The notes beneath the pieces were generated by a model. The model was not told where the DNA came from. It saw nothing but the letters and a program-made list of their open reading frames with translations, and searched no databases. From Candidatus Krumholzibacteriia bacterium (GTDB lineage: Bacteria; Krumholzibacteriota; Krumholzibacteriia; LZORAL124-64-63), in the NCBI GenBank assembly GCA_014859985.1, contig JACZKN010000487.1, positions 1-36,349 on the forward strand: DNA of 36,349 bases, in the 5' to 3' direction. A program made the translations under genes and the position numbers. Positions 33,281 to 36,349 of the stretch are shown here, in pieces; the first letter of the stretch is position 1; each line of letters begins with the position of its first letter.

Positions 33281-36238
33281 ATGCGCGCGCTCCTGTACTT
33301 CCTGTTCCTGCTCTCGGGCGCCACTGCGCTGGTCTACCAGGTCGTCTGGGTACGCCAGCAGAGTCTCGTCTTCGGGGGGACGCACCTGGCGGTCTCGACC
33401 GTGCTGGCGGTGTTCATGGGCGGGCTGGCGCTGGGGGGCTGGCTCATCGGTCGCCGGGCCGATCGCTGGCGACGTCCCCTGCTGGTGTACGGCGTGCTCG
33501 AGCTGGGCATCGCGCTGTCGGCGCTCGCCGTCTACGGGATCCTGCGCCTGTATCCGACGATCTACGTCCCCCTGGCCCGACCGGTCCAGGACGTCCCGGC
33601 CGCCCTGACCGCCCTGCGCTTCCTGCTCGCGGCGCTCGCCATGATCGTGCCGACCACCCTGATGGGCGCCACGCTGCCGGTCCTCGCGCGGTATGCCCGC
33701 GCGAGCGGCGCCGGCCTGGCCCAGCACCTCTCGTTCCTCTATGCCCTCAACACGCTCGGAGCCGTCTCCGGCGCGGTCGCCGCCGGCTTCCTGCTCCTGC
33801 CGCGGTTCGGGGCGACCCGCACGCTGCTGGTTGCCGTCGCCGTCAACATCCTGGTCGGCCTGGCGGCGCTGCTGGTCGGGCGACGGCCGGCGTCGGCCCT
33901 GGGCCGCGTCGAGACCGATGAAGAGGCGGCCGCCACCGCCCGCGCCGGGACGCCCGGCGGCAGGCTCGTGCTCGCCGGCATCGGCATCAGCGGTTTCTGC
34001 GCCCTGGGCTACGAGGTGCTCTGGACACGCGCCCTCGGCACGACCCTGGGCACGTCGACCTACGGTTTCACGGTGATGCTCGCCGCCTTCCTGACCGGCA
34101 TCGGGCTGGGCAGCGAGGCCTTCGGCGGCGTCATGCGGCGCCGCGAAAGGCGTCAGGGCGCCGGCTCCCTCGTGCGCCTCTTCGCGGCCCTGCAGGCCCT
34201 GATCGGGCTCTCAGCGCTCGGCGTCACCTGGCTCCTCGGCGACCTTTCCGGCCGTGCCGCCTGGCTGATGAGCACGCTGGTCGACGCGGGCGTGCCGGAG
34301 TTCGACGCCCGCCAGATCACCAGTTTCGCGGCCGCGTTCTCCTACATGGTCGTGCCCGCGTTCCTGATGGGGGCCGCCTTCCCGCTTGCCGGCACGATCC
34401 ACGTCGCCCGCCGCGGGCGCGTCTCCAGTGCCGTCGGCGAGGTCCTGGCCTGGAACACCGTCGGAGCCATCCTCGGCGCGATGGCAGCCGGCTTCCTGCT
34501 GATCCGCCTGTGGGGCATCGAACGGTCGCTGGTCGCGCTGTCGGCGCTGAACCTGGCCCTGGCCGCGGCCGTGGCCGCGGCCGCGAGCGGGCAGCGGACG
34601 CGCCGCCTGGCGGGCGCCGCCCTTGCCGCCCTGGTCCTGGCGCTGCCGGTCGTGCTGCCGGCGGACGTTCGGCTCTGGAACGTGGACCTCATCGCGATCT
34701 ACCGCAACAACCAGCGCTCGGCCTTCGACAGCCCCGCGGATGTGCGCGCCGCGCTGGCCAACACGGAGATCCTCTACTTCCACGAGGGCGCGAACTCGAC
34801 GATCAGCGTCATCAAGGTCAAGGGCGGCGACCAGGCCCTCCTGGTCAACGGCAAGGTCGTCGCCTCCACCATGGAGGAGGACGTGCAGTGCCAGTACCTC
34901 CTCGGACACCTGCCGATGCTCCTGCACCCCGACCCGAAGAACGTCTTCGTGCTCGGGCTCGGCACCGGCATGACGCTCGGGGCGGTTTCCCTGCACCCCG
35001 GGACGGAGAGGATCGTGCTGGCCGAGCTCGAGCCCGCCGTGGTTCCCGCGGCGCGCACCTTCGCGGAGCTGAATCACGGGGTCCTGGATGACCCCAGGCT
35101 CGAGATCGCCGCCACCGACGGACGCAACTGGCTGCTGACGACCCGCGACAGGTTCGAGGTGATCACCGCCGATCCGGTGCATCCCTGGACGCGCGGCTCG
35201 GCCTACCTCTACACCGCCGAGTACTATGCCCTGGCCGCCAGCCGCCTGCTGCCGGGCGGCGTGATGCTGCAGTGGCTCCCGATCTACGAGCTCTCGGCCA
35301 CGGATCTGGCGACCGTCGTGCGCACGTTCCGCACGGCGTTCCCCCATACGCAGGTCTGGCTCACGCACTACGATGCGCACCTGGTCGGCAGTGACCGACC
35401 GCTGGGGATCGACGCCGGACTGCTCGAGGCGCGCCTGGCTCACCCGCCGCTGCGCGCGGCGCTCGCGCGGGTGGACATGGGCTCGCCTGCCGATTTCGTC
35501 AGCTTCTTCCACTTCGGCGACCGGGGCGCCGCCGCGTTCGCCTCCCTCGGCACGGTCAACACCGACGACAACCTCTACCTCGAGTTCTCGGCGCCGCGTT
35601 CGACCGGAGTGGCGAGCCGCCTGGCGGAGAACGTCGAGGCCCTGGCCCGCTTCCGCGAGAAGCCGGACTGGGACACGCCGTCACCCGAATCCGACTCCCG
35701 GAACCTGGTCGCCGGCGGCCTCTACGATCGGCTGCACGCCCTCTTCTTCAGGGCTCGATACCGGGAGCCGGAATTCGCGGCGCTGCGCGCCCGCCTGCGC
35801 GGCGTCGCTGCCGACTATGCCCCGGCCCGGGTGCTCGAGCGCATCGTCGCCAGGGACACCCAGCGGATGCCGCGACCGGTCGCGCGCACGCTGCTGCAGG
35901 TCCTCGAGGCGGACGGACGCCGGACCAGCCTCGAGATCACCTCCGTCACGATGAGCACCGGACGGGGCCGCGCCGCGCTGATGTTCGTCGACAATGCGGA
36001 GCGGACGATCTACGGCGAGACGTATCTTGCCGCCGACGAGGACCTACTCGAAGCCAGGATCCTGGCGGTCTCGACCGATGTCCTCGCGGCCCTGGAGGCC
36101 GCCGCGACGGAACTGACCGCGAAGTCGGGGAACGGGCGCCCGGGCGGATCGGCCCTGCGCGAGCGCGTCCGCCTCGTGGTCCGGGAACGCCTGGTGGCCA
36201 CCTCCCGCCCCGGGGACAGCCTCCCGGCGGAAGACTGA
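33281..36238 (+). CDS. Fused multi-TM (MFS-like) / spermidine-synthase-like aminopropyltransferase-fold protein with a long C-terminal extension
   Basis: TAAGGAG lies 7 nt upstream of ATG 33281. N-terminus: MRALLYFLFLLSGATALVYQVVWVRQ, followed by about 12 hydrophobic helices. Methyltransferase-fold core: VFVLGLGTGMTLGA...LAELEPAV...ATDGRNWL...FEVITADPVHPWT...LYTAEYY. The last ~300 aa have no motif I recognise. Confidence 0.85.
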   Translation: MRALLYFLFLLSGATALVYQVVWVRQQSLVFGGTHLAVSTVLAVFMGGLALGGWLIGRRADRWRRPLLVYGVLELGIALSALAVYGILRLYPTIYVPLARPVQDVPAALTALRFLLAALAMIVPTTLMGATLPVLARYARASGAGLAQHLSFLYALNTLGAVSGAVAAGFLLLPRFGATRTLLVAVAVNILVGLAALLVGRRPASALGRVETDEEAAATARAGTPGGRLVLAGIGISGFCALGYEVLWTRALGTTLGTSTYGFTVMLAAFLTGIGLGSEAFGGVMRRRERRQGAGSLVRLFAALQALIGLSALGVTWLLGDLSGRAAWLMSTLVDAGVPEFDARQITSFAAAFSYMVVPAFLMGAAFPLAGTIHVARRGRVSSAVGEVLAWNTVGAILGAMAAGFLLIRLWGIERSLVALSALNLALAAAVAAAASGQRTRRLAGAALAALVLALPVVLPADVRLWNVDLIAIYRNNQRSAFDSPADVRAALANTEILYFHEGANSTISVIKVKGGDQALLVNGKVVASTMEEDVQCQYLLGHLPMLLHPDPKNVFVLGLGTGMTLGAVSLHPGTERIVLAELEPAVVPAARTFAELNHGVLDDPRLEIAATDGRNWLLTTRDRFEVITADPVHPWTRGSAYLYTAEYYALAASRLLPGGVMLQWLPIYELSATDLATVVRTFRTAFPHTQVWLTHYDAHLVGSDRPLGIDAGLLEARLAHPPLRAALARVDMGSPADFVSFFHFGDRGAAAFASLGTVNTDDNLYLEFSAPRSTGVASRLAENVEALARFREKPDWDTPSPESDSRNLVAGGLYDRLHALFFRARYREPEFAALRARLRGVAADYAPARVLERIVARDTQRMPRPVARTLLQVLEADGRRTSLEITSVTMSTGRGRAALMFVDNAERTIYGETYLAADEDLLEARILAVSTDVLAALEAAATELTAKSGNGRPGGSALRERVRLVVRERLVATSRPGDSLPAED

Positions 36239-36349
36239 ACCGCGGAGCGGACGCGCAGGCGGCCGCCGCCGCCGCGAAGCGCCGCCACCGCCCCGGGCCG
36301 GGTCGCCCGCGGGATGACCGGCCCGCGTGCCATGCCCGGAGCGGTGATG

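Noticed and set aside
36010-36333. 107-aa minus-strand ORF at the right edge
   Set aside because: It overlaps the 3' end of the spermidine-synthase-like gene, has an Arg/Ala-rich low-complexity translation and has no ribosome site.

Overview
High-GC window (about 65-70% G+C by eye) from a bacterial chromosome. SD-type ribosome sites (AAGGAG/GGAGG) precede most genes. The lineage is unknown. LVIVD beta-propeller surface proteins with FlgD-Ig/T9SS-like C-terminal tails and kinase-TolB-propeller receptors hint at an uncultivated FCB-group, Gemmatimonadota or Acidobacteriota-like organism, but that is a guess. I call 23 confident CDSs, 1 tentative small ORF and 1 pseudogene. I found no rRNA, tRNA, CRISPR array, transposase or integrase. 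Gene order, left to right: partial XdhC-family gene (-); Ser/Thr kinase-TM-TolB-like propeller receptor; zinc-ribbon membrane protein; a 725 bp gap; lipoprotein; multi-TM histidine kinase plus sigma-54-dependent NtrC-type response regulator; a five-gene overlapping operon (alpha/beta hydrolase, SDR epimerase, PAP2 phosphatase, SDR epimerase, CPBP protease); LVIVD repeat protein 1; a small charged membrane protein (-); a decayed second copy of the xdhC 5' half with its promoter; LVIVD/PKD repeat protein 2; a TIR-TM-beta-propeller protein; a SLOG-like protein with two 2-TM SLATT/DUF4231-like modules; several unknown lipoproteins or secreted proteins; a second zinc-ribbon membrane protein; a YihY/BrkB membrane protein with an Rrf2-like wHTH tail; and a fused multi-TM/spermidine-synthase-like protein. 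The main lead is the adjacent TIR gene (21848-24121) and SLOG-SLATT gene (24155-25831). They read like a Thoeris-like nucleotide-signalling conflict module with unusual wiring: a membrane-tethered TIR carrying an extracytoplasmic propeller, and a pore-type effector gated by a SLOG sensor. Structural oddities: a ~95%-identical, internally deleted direct repeat (222-858 vs 18021-18517) brackets ~17 kb, and a twice-occurring paired-GGCGCGCC palindrome element with identical 38 bp spacing brackets the 12.6 kb that contains the TIR/SLOG pair. All domain calls come from motif recognition by eye and need HMM or structure confirmation.
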